Origin: Deltaproteobacteria bacterium
GTDB lineage: Bacteria > Myxococcota_A > UBA9160 > UBA6930
Length of the DNA stretch: 64,000 nucleotides
Assembly (NCBI GenBank): GCA_028817435.1
Contig: JAPPPQ010000015.1
Location: forward strand, 89,227-153,226
Direction of reading: 5' to 3'
In this document: in pieces, positions 1 through 10,698 of the stretch
Position numbering within the stretch: position 1 is the first letter of the stretch
How the letters are laid out: every line of letters starts with the position of its first letter
The notes under the pieces: generated by a model
Databases searched by the model: none
What the model was told of the DNA's origin: nothing
What the model saw: only the letters and a program-made list of their open reading frames with translations
Program-made: the position numbers and the translations under genes

Positions 1-174
1 CAGCGTCTCTTCGCGGCTGGCGGATTTGGTCCAGGGAATGCCCGGCAGCGCGCGCAAAAAGCCGCCGAAGCCAAAGCGCGATGCCAGCGCGGCCAGCAGG
101 CTCCGCGCCTTTGGCACATCGGCGCAGCGCAGCGTCCCGCCGCCGCGCAGCACGCGCAGCTCTTCCGGCGTCAC
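1..174 (-). CDS. hypothetical protein, N-terminal part only (gene runs off the left edge)
   Basis: GTG at 174-172 overlaps the cobB stop (GTGA). Frame stays open to position 1 (MTPEELRVLRGGGTLRCADVPKARSLL...). No recognisable motif. Confidence 0.3.
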   Translation of the reverse strand, partial: MTPEELRVLRGGGTLRCADVPKARSLLAALASRFGFGGFLRALPGIPWTKSASREETL

Positions 175-980
175 GCCGCCGCCTGCAGGGTGCGCGCGTG
201 TTCGAGCAGGCGCTGCAACACCGCCCCCGCCGGACCGCAGAGCGCCAGGGTGGCCACCCCGCGCAGCTCGCTCTGGTGCGGATTCACCTCAATTACCTGG
301 CCGCCGTTGCTGCGCACCTCCCGGGGAAAATCTGCCGCCGGGAACACCGTGGCGCTGGTGCCCACCACCAGCATGCAATCGCAGCGCAAAACCGCGTCGT
401 AGCAGCCGCGCAGCACCTGCGGGGGAATCGGCTCGCCGAAAGAAACGGTGTCGCCCTTGACGATGCCGCCGCAGCCGGGGCAGTGCGGCGGCAGATTCTC
501 CTCGTCAATGGGGAAGTGCTTGGGGTCGAAGCGCGTGTGGCAATCAAGGCAGCGCAGCTTGTAGTGGTTGCCGTGGATTTCGAGCAGCGCCTGCTGCCCC
601 GCCTGCCGATGCAGGTCGTCCACATTCTGGGTGATGAGGGCTTTGAGGCAGCCCAGCGACTCGAGTTCGGCCAGCGCTTGGTGGCCGGCGTTGGGCTTCG
701 CCCCGGTCAGGGTTTCGTGCAGGCCGCGCGCCCATTCTTCGGCGGGGTTCAGGCGCTCGCGCCAAGCCTTGGCGGGGTCGCGCAAAAAGCGCTGGTAGCC
801 GTCCAGGGGCGGCTCGCCGAACTTCGTCCACAGGCCGCCGGGACCCCGGAAGGGCGGAATGCCGCTTTCCACCGAAACGCCCGCGCCGGTGAGCGCCACG
901 GCGCTTCGCGCCTGGGTGAGCAGGCGGGCGGCCTCGGCAATGGCGGCTTCCAGCGCCGCTTCGATGCGGAACTCCGCCAT
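171..980 (-). CDS. cobB: NAD-dependent protein deacylase (Sir2 family)
   Basis: Motifs GAGVSVESGIPPFRG, QNVDDLH, HG and zinc ribbon CLDC...CPGC. ATG at 980-978. I trimmed the 527-aa track ORF to the motif-supported start. Confidence 0.9.
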   Translation of the reverse strand: MAEFRIEAALEAAIAEAARLLTQARSAVALTGAGVSVESGIPPFRGPGGLWTKFGEPPLDGYQRFLRDPAKAWRERLNPAEEWARGLHETLTGAKPNAGHQALAELESLGCLKALITQNVDDLHRQAGQQALLEIHGNHYKLRCLDCHTRFDPKHFPIDEENLPPHCPGCGGIVKGDTVSFGEPIPPQVLRGCYDAVLRCDCMLVVGTSATVFPAADFPREVRSNGGQVIEVNPHQSELRGVATLALCGPAGAVLQRLLEHARTLQAAA

Positions 981-1714
981 CAGTGGAAGCCGCCGCGGCG
1001 CCGGTCTTCCATGCGCACGGCGCGCAGGTTGCGGCGCATTCGCCAGCGCCGGTAGTGCCAGCGCAGCCGGGAAAGCGAAAGCCCCCGCGCCTCGCCCGCG
1101 CGCCACAACAGCAGCCAGCCCACCAGCACGCCGCCGATGTGCCCCGCATGGCTCACCCCCGGGTCGCCGGCCAGCAGCTCCATCAGAAACAAAAAGGGAA
1201 TCAGGTAAATGGCGCGCAGCGGAATGGGCGGGAAAATGAGCAAAATGGTGCGGTTGGGAAACAGCAGAGAATGGGCCAGCAGCACGCCGTAAATTGCGCC
1301 CGAAGCGCCCACCGTGGGCAGGAACCAACTGGCGGTTTCGACCTGGAAGCCCAGCAGCAGGGCGGGCCAGCCGGCGATGATGAGCCCCGCGCCCACGCCG
1401 CAGAGCAGGTAGAAGCGCAAAAAACGCCGCGTGCCCCAGTGCGCCGCCACATCCGAGCCGAACATCCACAGCGCGAGCATATTGAAGACGAGGTGCCAAA
1501 TGGAGCCGCTGCTGTGCAGCCACATATAGGTGAAGATTTGCCACAGCGCGCCCTCTCCCCAGAAGGCCGCAGGGGTGAGCATCAGCCCAAACTGCGTTTG
1601 GATCGGCAGCAGCTTCTGCAGCAGATACACGGCGATATTGGCGATCAGCAGGCCCTTGATGACATCGGGGAAAAAGGGCGGGCCGAAGCGCATACTGGTT
1701 CCGGATGCGTTCAA
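980..1714 (-). CDS. rhomboid family intramembrane serine protease
   Basis: Multi-TM protein with GASGAIYG (catalytic Ser) and HIGGVLVG (catalytic His). Its stop TGA (982-980) shares one nt with the cobB ATG. Confidence 0.85.
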   Translation of the reverse strand: MNASGTSMRFGPPFFPDVIKGLLIANIAVYLLQKLLPIQTQFGLMLTPAAFWGEGALWQIFTYMWLHSSGSIWHLVFNMLALWMFGSDVAAHWGTRRFLRFYLLCGVGAGLIIAGWPALLLGFQVETASWFLPTVGASGAIYGVLLAHSLLFPNRTILLIFPPIPLRAIYLIPFLFLMELLAGDPGVSHAGHIGGVLVGWLLLWRAGEARGLSLSRLRWHYRRWRMRRNLRAVRMEDRRRGGFH

Positions 1715-1780
1715 GGGATCTCCTGCCGGGGCGGGCGTGGCCCCGGATTCGCAAAGCCTATGCCAATCTGCCCCTGGCAG

Positions 1781-2710
1781 TCAACGCGCCCCGGCGGCCT
1801 GGGGGGCCAGATCGCAGAGGGCCTGGCGGGCGGCTGCCAGGGGCAGCCCGGTCACATCCACCACCGGCAGGTCGAGTTTCAGGGCGCGGGAGAGGCCGCT
1901 GAGCCGCCGCCGGCTCTCAGCAGCGCCCCCCGCCAGCACAGCCAGGGGCACCTCGGCGTCGGGCAGGGCCGCAAACCAGGGGTGGAAGCGGCGGAAATCG
2001 GCCAGCAGCGCGGGATCTTCCGGCGCGAGGCCGGGGCGGGCGAAAATCCACTGGCTGCGCTCAATGCCGGCGGGATCCCGCCCCAGGGCGCGGCAGGCAT
2101 CGGCCAGCCGGGCGGCGGCGCGGCGCACAAGGGCGGGCCGCGCGGGCAGGTTTATATTCCAGCCATCGGCGTGGCGGGCCAGCACGGCCAGCAGCCGGGG
2201 GCCTGCGCCCCCTACCTCTACGGGCGGCGCCTGCGCGGGGAGCACCCGGGCGCCTTCCAATTGGACGAAGCGGCCCCGGCAGTGCACTGCCTCGCCGGCC
2301 CAGAGCCTGCGCATGGCCTGCAGCGTCTCGTCCAGCCATTGGATGCGCGCGGCCACGCCGGGCAGCGGCAGGCCGTAGGCGCGGTCGCCCTGTTGCCCGC
2401 CGATGCTGATGAGCAGGCGCTGCCGCCCCGGCGCAATGCGCTCCAGGGTGGCGGCGGATTGGGCGAGCCGGGCGGCGTTCCAGTGATTCACCAGGCGCAC
2501 CGAGGCGATGCGGATGCGCTGGGTGGCCAGGATCAGGGCGGTCTGCACCGTCCAGCCATCGGGCAGGCCGCGGCCGCCGAGGCTCTGCATGGGCGAGGCG
2601 TCGCCGTCCACATAGGCCGCCTCGTAGCCCAGCGCCTCTGCGTGGCGCACCAGCTCCAGCAGCTCCTCGTAGGGAAGCTGCTGCCAGGTCGCCGCAAAGC
2701 CCAGCCGCAC
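1781..2710 (-). CDS. LLM-class (luciferase-like) flavin/F420-dependent oxidoreductase
   Basis: 309-aa TIM-barrel-like sequence (MRLGFAATW...LGYEAAYVDGD...ADGWNI) typical of the luciferase-like monooxygenase family. Confidence 0.7.
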   Translation of the reverse strand: MRLGFAATWQQLPYEELLELVRHAEALGYEAAYVDGDASPMQSLGGRGLPDGWTVQTALILATQRIRIASVRLVNHWNAARLAQSAATLERIAPGRQRLLISIGGQQGDRAYGLPLPGVAARIQWLDETLQAMRRLWAGEAVHCRGRFVQLEGARVLPAQAPPVEVGGAGPRLLAVLARHADGWNINLPARPALVRRAAARLADACRALGRDPAGIERSQWIFARPGLAPEDPALLADFRRFHPWFAALPDAEVPLAVLAGGAAESRRRLSGLSRALKLDLPVVDVTGLPLAAARQALCDLAPQAAGAR

Positions 2711-2722
2711 CGGCGCGGGGCC

Positions 2723-5518
<2,796 letters not shown>

Positions 5519-5553
5519 CCCTCGCCAACCCCCCGCGCCGCGCAGCGTAGCCA

Positions 5554-5605
5554 ATGACGGCGCGGTTGCGCTACGCATTCCCGCAGAAGGAGGCTCGGCG
5601 TGGCG
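5554..5605. repeat. left copy of an about 52-bp imperfect direct repeat bracketing the 5.6-10.7 kb island
   Basis: atgacggcgcggttgcgctacgcattcccgcagaaggaggctcggcgtggcg aligns with 10649-10698, with 5 mismatches and 1 indel by eye. It includes AGGAGG plus GTG. Confidence 0.75.
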
Positions 5606-5648
5606 TTGCGCCATTCTGGCGGCCGTGATAGAAAGCCGCGTCCGATAA

Positions 5649-7202
5649 ATGCCGCGCGGTTGCGTCCCCCCAACGGGCTGCTATACAGCCCGCCCACCGG
5701 GGGCAGCGCCGCCGGAAAGCAGAGGTGAAAATCACAATGACTACCACCCCCCCCCCCCCGCGGGGAAGCGCCCGTATAGCGCACTAAGCGCGATTTGCCG
5801 CGCCATTTGGGCGCGGTGCCTCTCTCAGCCGATATTTTCTTGTGCCTCAGCTCTCGGCCTTGTCCTCGGGGCAGCGCCGTCCGGCGCATGGGCCGCTTCT
5901 CCTGCCAGCGGCGAATACAGCCGCGCCTCCTCTCTGGCCGCCGGTCTGGTCTCGGAGTGCGGGGGATATCTGAAAAGCGGCGCGCGCAGCACCGCCAATT
6001 GCCTGGAATCGGCGGCCCTGCGGCGCTTCAGCAGCGCGGCGTTGCCCTTCGCGCTGAATTGGGTGGAGGACTCGGGGCAGCGGCTCTTCGGGGAGCGCTT
6101 CAGCCTCAGGAACGGCCTGCAATTCGAATTCGGCGAAGGCATCCGGGGCGATGTGGACATGGTGCTCCCGCTGGCGGGCAACCAGGGCAGCGCCATTTCG
6201 GGCATTGCCAAAAGCAGCGCCTTTGGCAGGGCGCTCTTTGTTCAGCAGGGCGCCAGCATTTACACCGATGAAGACGGCGTCCGCCGCCACGATATGCGCT
6301 TTGGCCTGGTGGGCCGCTCCCCGGCCTGGCGGGGCCACAAGGGGATTGTGGGGCTCTCGCTGTTTCAGCAATACAACCTGGAGCGCGGCCACAGCCGCAG
6401 TGTGATGGGTTTGGATTGGACCGGCCCCAAAGCTGCTGCCGCCTTCAATTACTACCTGCCCACCACGGGCTGGCTGGCCAGCAAGCAGCTTGGCTACGAA
6501 GAAATCGCGCTGGAAGGAATGGAATTTTCCGGGCGCTTTCGGCTCCCGCACTCTCTGGAGCTGGAAAGCAGCGTGGGCCGCTGGCGCGTTCCGGGAAGCC
6601 GCAGCCATTCCCGCACGGCGCGGGCGGGTCTTGCCTGGCAATACAACCGCTGGATTCGGCTGAACAGCCAGTGGAATCAGTCGGGCATTGGCGATGGAAG
6701 GCAGAGCGGCTGGTCGGCGGGCCTTCATATCCGCATTCCGCTGGGCGGCCGCGCAGAAGCGCCGCGCCGCCTCCGGGACATCACCCGCTACAAGGGCCAC
6801 CTCGTAAAAGATCGCGGTGGCCGCGAGTCGGGAGCAGAGGAAATGTGGCGGCCCGTGCAGCAGGAAGGCCGCATTGCAGTTGTGGCGCGCGAAATCGCGG
6901 ACGCTCACACCGGAGACGGCCAAGCCATGGCCGCGTTCGTCGGCAACCGGATCGGCTCGGGGCAAAAACTGCAGGCCAGGGTTTTCCTCGCCGAACCGGC
7001 TCCGGCAGACCGTCACTATGAACTCCGCCTGACGCCGGGCGGCGGGGAAACCCCCGCGGTGGAGGGAGAGGATTTCAATGGTGAGCCTGTGCTGGTCCGC
7101 ATTCCGAAGGGCAGCAGCGAGAAGATTGTGAGCATTCAACTTCTCATGAATTACAGCTTGAAGAAGCCTCGCAGTTTGAGTCTCAGCATTACCGCTCTCT
7201 GA
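5649..7202 (+). CDS. inverse-autotransporter-like outer-membrane protein (IAT beta-barrel plus Calx-beta-like C-terminal domain); true start uncertain
   Basis: The central region matches the intimin/invasin beta-domain pattern (VLPLAG, LFVQQGAS, GLSLFQQYNLERGHSRSVMGLDW, FNYYLPTTGWLASK, GMEFSGRFRLP, LHIRIPLGG). The C-terminus AVEGEDFNGEPVLVRIPKGSSEKIVSIQL is Calx-beta-like. Signal-like LGLVLGAAPSGAWA-AS. See the C13 finding for the start problem. Confidence 0.65.
   Translation: MPRGCVPPTGCYTARPPGAAPPESRGENHNDYHPPPPAGKRPYSALSAICRAIWARCLSQPIFSCASALGLVLGAAPSGAWAASPASGEYSRASSLAAGLVSECGGYLKSGARSTANCLESAALRRFSSAALPFALNWVEDSGQRLFGERFSLRNGLQFEFGEGIRGDVDMVLPLAGNQGSAISGIAKSSAFGRALFVQQGASIYTDEDGVRRHDMRFGLVGRSPAWRGHKGIVGLSLFQQYNLERGHSRSVMGLDWTGPKAAAAFNYYLPTTGWLASKQLGYEEIALEGMEFSGRFRLPHSLELESSVGRWRVPGSRSHSRTARAGLAWQYNRWIRLNSQWNQSGIGDGRQSGWSAGLHIRIPLGGRAEAPRRLRDITRYKGHLVKDRGGRESGAEEMWRPVQQEGRIAVVAREIADAHTGDGQAMAAFVGNRIGSGQKLQARVFLAEPAPADRHYELRLTPGGGETPAVEGEDFNGEPVLVRIPKGSSEKIVSIQLLMNYSLKKPRSLSLSITAL
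5747..5759 (+). repeat. homopolymeric C13 tract between an SD-ATG (5737) and the inverse-autotransporter reading frame
   Basis: 13 consecutive C counted directly in the sequence. Confidence 0.9.
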
Positions 7203-7253
7203 TCCATTCCCGCAGCCGCATTCCGCTGGTTGCATTCCCGGAGGACAATGACA

Positions 7254-7703
7254 ATGAACATCACGAAGACGCTCGCAATGCTCGCCCTCGTGTTGGGTTT
7301 CATCAGCATCGGTTGCGTGGCGGTTCCGAATGTCAACGCGCAGGCGGACGCCGATTCGCAGCGCATCAGGGATCTGAATGAGCGCATCGCAGGCATGGAA
7401 AGGCAACTCAATGAGCAGGATTCCGGAACCAAGTGCCGGGCGGACCGGATCAAGCGCTACGCATACAGGGTCCGCGGACGGGAGATTCCCGCTGGAGAGG
7501 ACACTCCCGGAAGGCAACCCGACACCCGATTTGACGCGGTTCGGCTTCAGTTGGCCGGAATGGGATGGATTGAAACGACTCAGATTGACATTCCTTTCGA
7601 CAAGCTGAACGAGCGCCTGATTACGATTTGCCCAGATCCGGAGATAGAGGGCAAGGGTGAGCTTCGATACGGCGGCTACGACGGCGATTACGTCGAGATG
7701 TAA
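7254..7703 (+). CDS. small lipoprotein, unknown family (paralog of 8419..8760)
   Basis: GGAGG at 7240-7244, ATG at 7254 (alternative 7248). Signal plus lipobox LVLGFISIGC. C-terminus ...VRLQLAGMGWIE...ICP...GGYDGDYVEM is shared with the downstream paralog. Confidence 0.6.
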   Translation: MNITKTLAMLALVLGFISIGCVAVPNVNAQADADSQRIRDLNERIAGMERQLNEQDSGTKCRADRIKRYAYRVRGREIPAGEDTPGRQPDTRFDAVRLQLAGMGWIETTQIDIPFDKLNERLITICPDPEIEGKGELRYGGYDGDYVEM

Positions 7704-7713
7704 GGAGGAAGAA

Positions 7714-8418
7714 ATGAAAATCATCGCCACAGTGCTGGCGGTGCTGATGGTATGCACCGCCAGCATGGCCCAGGAAAAGAGCGAGAAGGAATTCCCTCGC
7801 TGCTTCCTGAATGCCTTCAATTTCAGGGACACCTTCTTTTCCAGGGGATTTTCCATGGGAGTGGCCCCAGGAGCGGGAGTCAGCCCCGATTCCGAATTCA
7901 GCCCCGATACCGATGGCATCTGGACTGGTGACGATGGGGCCTATGGAGGACGCATCTTCGCCGCCTATGAACACACCCCCTGCCTCGCTGTGGAAGCCTC
8001 GGTTGGGGGATACCGAAGGGCAGAGCGAATCGATTCCCGCCCGGAAGCCATGCTCTCCCTGCAATTGGGCGTGGTGGCCAAGATATATCTCGGCGACCGT
8101 TTCTCGATTTTCGCAAGGGGCGGGGCGCACAGGTGGAATCTGGACAGCGGCGACTTGGAGATCGCAAACAGGGAGATTGTTCTTTTTGCCGAAGACGATG
8201 GAATTGATCCTTTCTACGGCGCTGGAGCCGAAATCTCCACCAGTTCCGGTGCATGGCGTTTTGGAATCAGCGGAACCCGCTATGAACATTCCTACTACGC
8301 CAACATTTTTCGATACAACCCCGCAGCCAGGGCATACAATCCGCCCCTGCTCGAAGAAGGTTCGCACACCGATGTAGTCGAATTTTCGATAACGCGGTTC
8401 TGGGGAGGAGGCAATTAA
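7714..8418 (+). CDS. OmpA-like/OMP_b-brl small outer-membrane beta-barrel protein
   Basis: TAAGGAGG at 7701-7708 then ATG 7714. Signal peptide MKIIATVLAVLMVCTASMAQE. Alternating amphipathic strands with aromatic girdles, and a C-terminal F/W (EFSITRFW). Confidence 0.7.
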   Translation: MKIIATVLAVLMVCTASMAQEKSEKEFPRCFLNAFNFRDTFFSRGFSMGVAPGAGVSPDSEFSPDTDGIWTGDDGAYGGRIFAAYEHTPCLAVEASVGGYRRAERIDSRPEAMLSLQLGVVAKIYLGDRFSIFARGGAHRWNLDSGDLEIANREIVLFAEDDGIDPFYGAGAEISTSSGAWRFGISGTRYEHSYYANIFRYNPAARAYNPPLLEEGSHTDVVEFSITRFWGGGN

Positions 8419-8760
8419 ATGAAAGTCATGATGATTCTCGCTTGCTTCTCCCTCGTGGCGGGCGTTGCGGGTTGCGGGAGCACAGGAGCGCGAGGTGTCG
8501 CCTGTTACCAGGACAAAGTCAGGGACTTCGCCTGGTCTGATGCCTCCGGGGGAGGAAACACCGGCGACAGCCGGCTCGTCTCTGTTCGGCTCGAACTGGC
8601 CCGGACTGGATGGGTTGAGGCGGGATTTTCCGGGGACCTCTCATCGAAACAACTGCTTGGCCCTTCGCCGACGGCCACGGTCTGCCCCTCTGGTGACAGC
8701 GGCGGCAGCGGCCAAATCCTCATCAAGGGCTACGAAGGCGATTACCTGAAATTGCGCTGA
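8419..8760 (+). CDS. small lipoprotein, unknown family (paralog of 7254..7703)
   Basis: ATG immediately follows the TAA of the barrel gene. Lipobox LVAGVAGC. Shares ...VRLELARTGWVE...VCP...KGYEGDYLKLR with the upstream paralog. Confidence 0.6.
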   Translation: MKVMMILACFSLVAGVAGCGSTGARGVACYQDKVRDFAWSDASGGGNTGDSRLVSVRLELARTGWVEAGFSGDLSSKQLLGPSPTATVCPSGDSGGSGQILIKGYEGDYLKLR

Positions 8761-8803
8761 CTCTCAGCACCTGGGACAGCGCTGCATCCCGGAGGTGAAA
8801 ATC

Positions 8804-10474
8804 ATGACGAGACTCACATACGCCCTGTGCATCCTCATCTGCGCCGGTCTCTTCGCCGCCTGCGGCGGGAGCGGTAACAGCAACCCCGAGATGATGATTA
8901 TGCAACAGAATATGCCGCCGGTGGTTGAGCAAATGATCCCCGACCGGAATCTGGCCGTGGGCCGATCTGGAAATCGGGATCTCGCGAGTGACTTCAGCGA
9001 TCCCGAGGGCGCAATGTTGACTTATTCGGTCGAATCGACCACGCCTGCAGTGGTCACGGCCAGCACCTCCGGAAACCAGATGACCATCACATCCGTCGGC
9101 CCAATAGGAACATCGAATATCACGGTAACGGCAACCGATCCCGGCGATCTGAGCATAGCGCAGACCTTTACTGTGAGTGTCGTCACCAACACTGCGCCAA
9201 TAGCGGCGGGAACAATTCCTCCTCTGGAAATCGCCACGGGCGCCAATCAAGAGATATTTATGAGCCCCTACTTCACAGATGCGGAAAATGATCCGCTGAC
9301 ATACGGGGCAACATCATCTGACAACGCAGTGGCAACTGTCAGGGCGTCTGGAAATGGTGTGGGGGTTACCGCCGTAAGGGCAGGAACAGCGGATATTACC
9401 GTGACGGCAAGCGACCCCGATCGCCTGTCGGCCACGCATATGTTCACTGTAAGGGTTTCTCCGCCGCCCCGAGCCCGAATTACGCCAATGCCAATTATTT
9501 CTGCACAGACCTTCAACACCAACGCATCCAGAAACATAGAGCTGTCGGCGCATTTCAGCGGCGGCAGGGGGGCGCTGACCTATAGAGCCACCTCGCTTGA
9601 CTCCAATATAGCCACAGCCAGCGTTGAGGGCAGTGTATTGACGATTCAGCCGGTTGCGGCAGGGCGGACCTCAATCACGGCAACCGCCACTGATGCAGAC
9701 ATGAACTCTGCTTCGCAGGCTTTCGATGTAGTGGTCTCACTGGCCTCTCCTCCACAACCTGGTCCTCAGCCCACCCCCCCCACCAATCCCAATCCACAAC
9801 CGCCCACTGTCCGACCGCCCACTACGGTAGGAAGCATTCCCAACATTCTCTTTTTGGAAACCAATCCACAGAGTGTAATTATTGACATCATCAGCTACTT
9901 CAGCGATCCTCAAGGCGCCACGCTCACCTATTCAGCGGCTGTTCAAGGCTCTGTCATCCGGACGAGTGTCTCTGGGAGTAGGCTGACCATTATGCAACTC
10001 GGCGCTGGCGAAGTGACAATTACTGTGACTGCTGCAAATTCATCTTCGCCAAACCTTTCTGCAACGCAGACTTTTATGGCGCTCGCTACTGGAATCATCG
10101 ATCTTCATAGTAGAATTCAGGCTAGTAATTATAGAATTCCTGCTAATTATCTGAATGCTTTCATGTATGGTAATTTGTCACCTTCGGATTCGGATTATCA
10201 AGATGTGGTCAGAGTGAATCTTTCTCCTGACGTAGTTTACCAAATAGACATGGAGGGCTTCGATACCAATGTGGGAACGCTCTCAGATCCTGATTTGCGT
10301 CTTTATTTGTGGGACACCGGAGAATATATTGATCAGGATTATAATAGTGGACAAGGACGCAACGCACGGCTGCAATATACTCCCCAGAACAGAGGTGTTC
10401 CAGTGAGTTACGCCTTGCAGATGCGTGAGGGGGGATCTGGAGGAGTTTACAGACTGCGCATCACAACCCCCTGA
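8804..10474 (+). CDS. surface lipoprotein with four Ig/cadherin-like repeats, a Pro-rich linker and a C-terminal pre-peptidase (PPC)-like domain
   Basis: GGAGG at 8791-8795 then ATG 8804. Lipobox GLFAAC. Four repeats of about 90 aa (F.D..g..LTY.a.s....a.v..sG..lti.....G...ITVTAtD). C-terminus DPDLRLYLWD...GVYRLRI is PPC-like. Confidence 0.75.
   Translation: MTRLTYALCILICAGLFAACGGSGNSNPEMMIMQQNMPPVVEQMIPDRNLAVGRSGNRDLASDFSDPEGAMLTYSVESTTPAVVTASTSGNQMTITSVGPIGTSNITVTATDPGDLSIAQTFTVSVVTNTAPIAAGTIPPLEIATGANQEIFMSPYFTDAENDPLTYGATSSDNAVATVRASGNGVGVTAVRAGTADITVTASDPDRLSATHMFTVRVSPPPRARITPMPIISAQTFNTNASRNIELSAHFSGGRGALTYRATSLDSNIATASVEGSVLTIQPVAAGRTSITATATDADMNSASQAFDVVVSLASPPQPGPQPTPPTNPNPQPPTVRPPTTVGSIPNILFLETNPQSVIIDIISYFSDPQGATLTYSAAVQGSVIRTSVSGSRLTIMQLGAGEVTITVTAANSSSPNLSATQTFMALATGIIDLHSRIQASNYRIPANYLNAFMYGNLSPSDSDYQDVVRVNLSPDVVYQIDMEGFDTNVGTLSDPDLRLYLWDTGEYIDQDYNSGQGRNARLQYTPQNRGVPVSYALQMREGGSGGVYRLRITTP
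8915..10090 (+). repeat. coding tandem repeats (4 Ig/cadherin-like modules; approx 8915-9187, 9194-9460, 9470-9742, 9821-10090)
   Basis: Protein-level periodicity read from the translated ORF. A PPQPGPQPTPPTNPNPQPP linker lies between modules 3 and 4. Confidence 0.6.
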
Positions 10475-10648
10475 GCGCCACCCGCTACCAAACGGTTGCT
10501 GGCGCTGCCCATCCAGTTGCCACCAGTGCAGGGCGGCTACCACTATGGCGTGGTCAATTTCGCCGCGGCGCAGGCGGGCGGAAATTTCGGCGGCCGGAAT
10601 CAGAACCGGCAGCGTCTCTCCGCACAGCTCGCGGCCGGGGCGTAGCCG

Positions 10649-10698
10649 ATGGCGGCATGGCTGCGCTAAGCATTCCCGCAAGGAGGCTCGGCGTGGCG
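10649..10698. repeat. right copy of the about 52-bp imperfect direct repeat; carries the gshB SD and GTG start
   Basis: atggcggcatggctgcgctaagcattcccgcaaggaggctcggcgtggcg aligns with 5554-5605. Confidence 0.75.

Noticed and set aside
171-1754. Long N-terminal extensions of track ORFs (171..1754, 42486..44018, 43939..45795, 46436..48685, 47611..49209, 58383..60662, 58422..60722, 60134..61666, 33704..35998)
   Set aside because: The upstream parts overlap neighbouring motif-supported genes and are compositionally junk. I trimmed the genes to starts supported by family N-termini, SD sequences or stop/start overlaps.
5847-7919. 690-aa minus-strand ORF across the island
   Set aside because: Antisense to the inverse-autotransporter and lipoprotein genes. 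Those have signal peptides, SD sequences and family-specific motifs, and this ORF has none.
8915-10090. Periodic approximately 270-nt repetition that might suggest a repeat array or CRISPR
   Set aside because: The repeats are divergent at the DNA level, lie in one continuous reading frame and encode Ig/cadherin-like protein modules. There is no short identical repeat/spacer structure.
10475-10648. GC-rich 170-nt stub between the island's last gene and the right direct repeat. Its minus-strand translation (...ELCGETLPVLIPAAEISARLRRGEIDHAIVVAALHWW...) could be a gene remnant.
   Set aside because: It has no start context and no recognisable motif, and the track ORF (10283..10681) runs antisense into the lipoprotein gene. 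I cannot support it as a gene or pseudogene without a database search.
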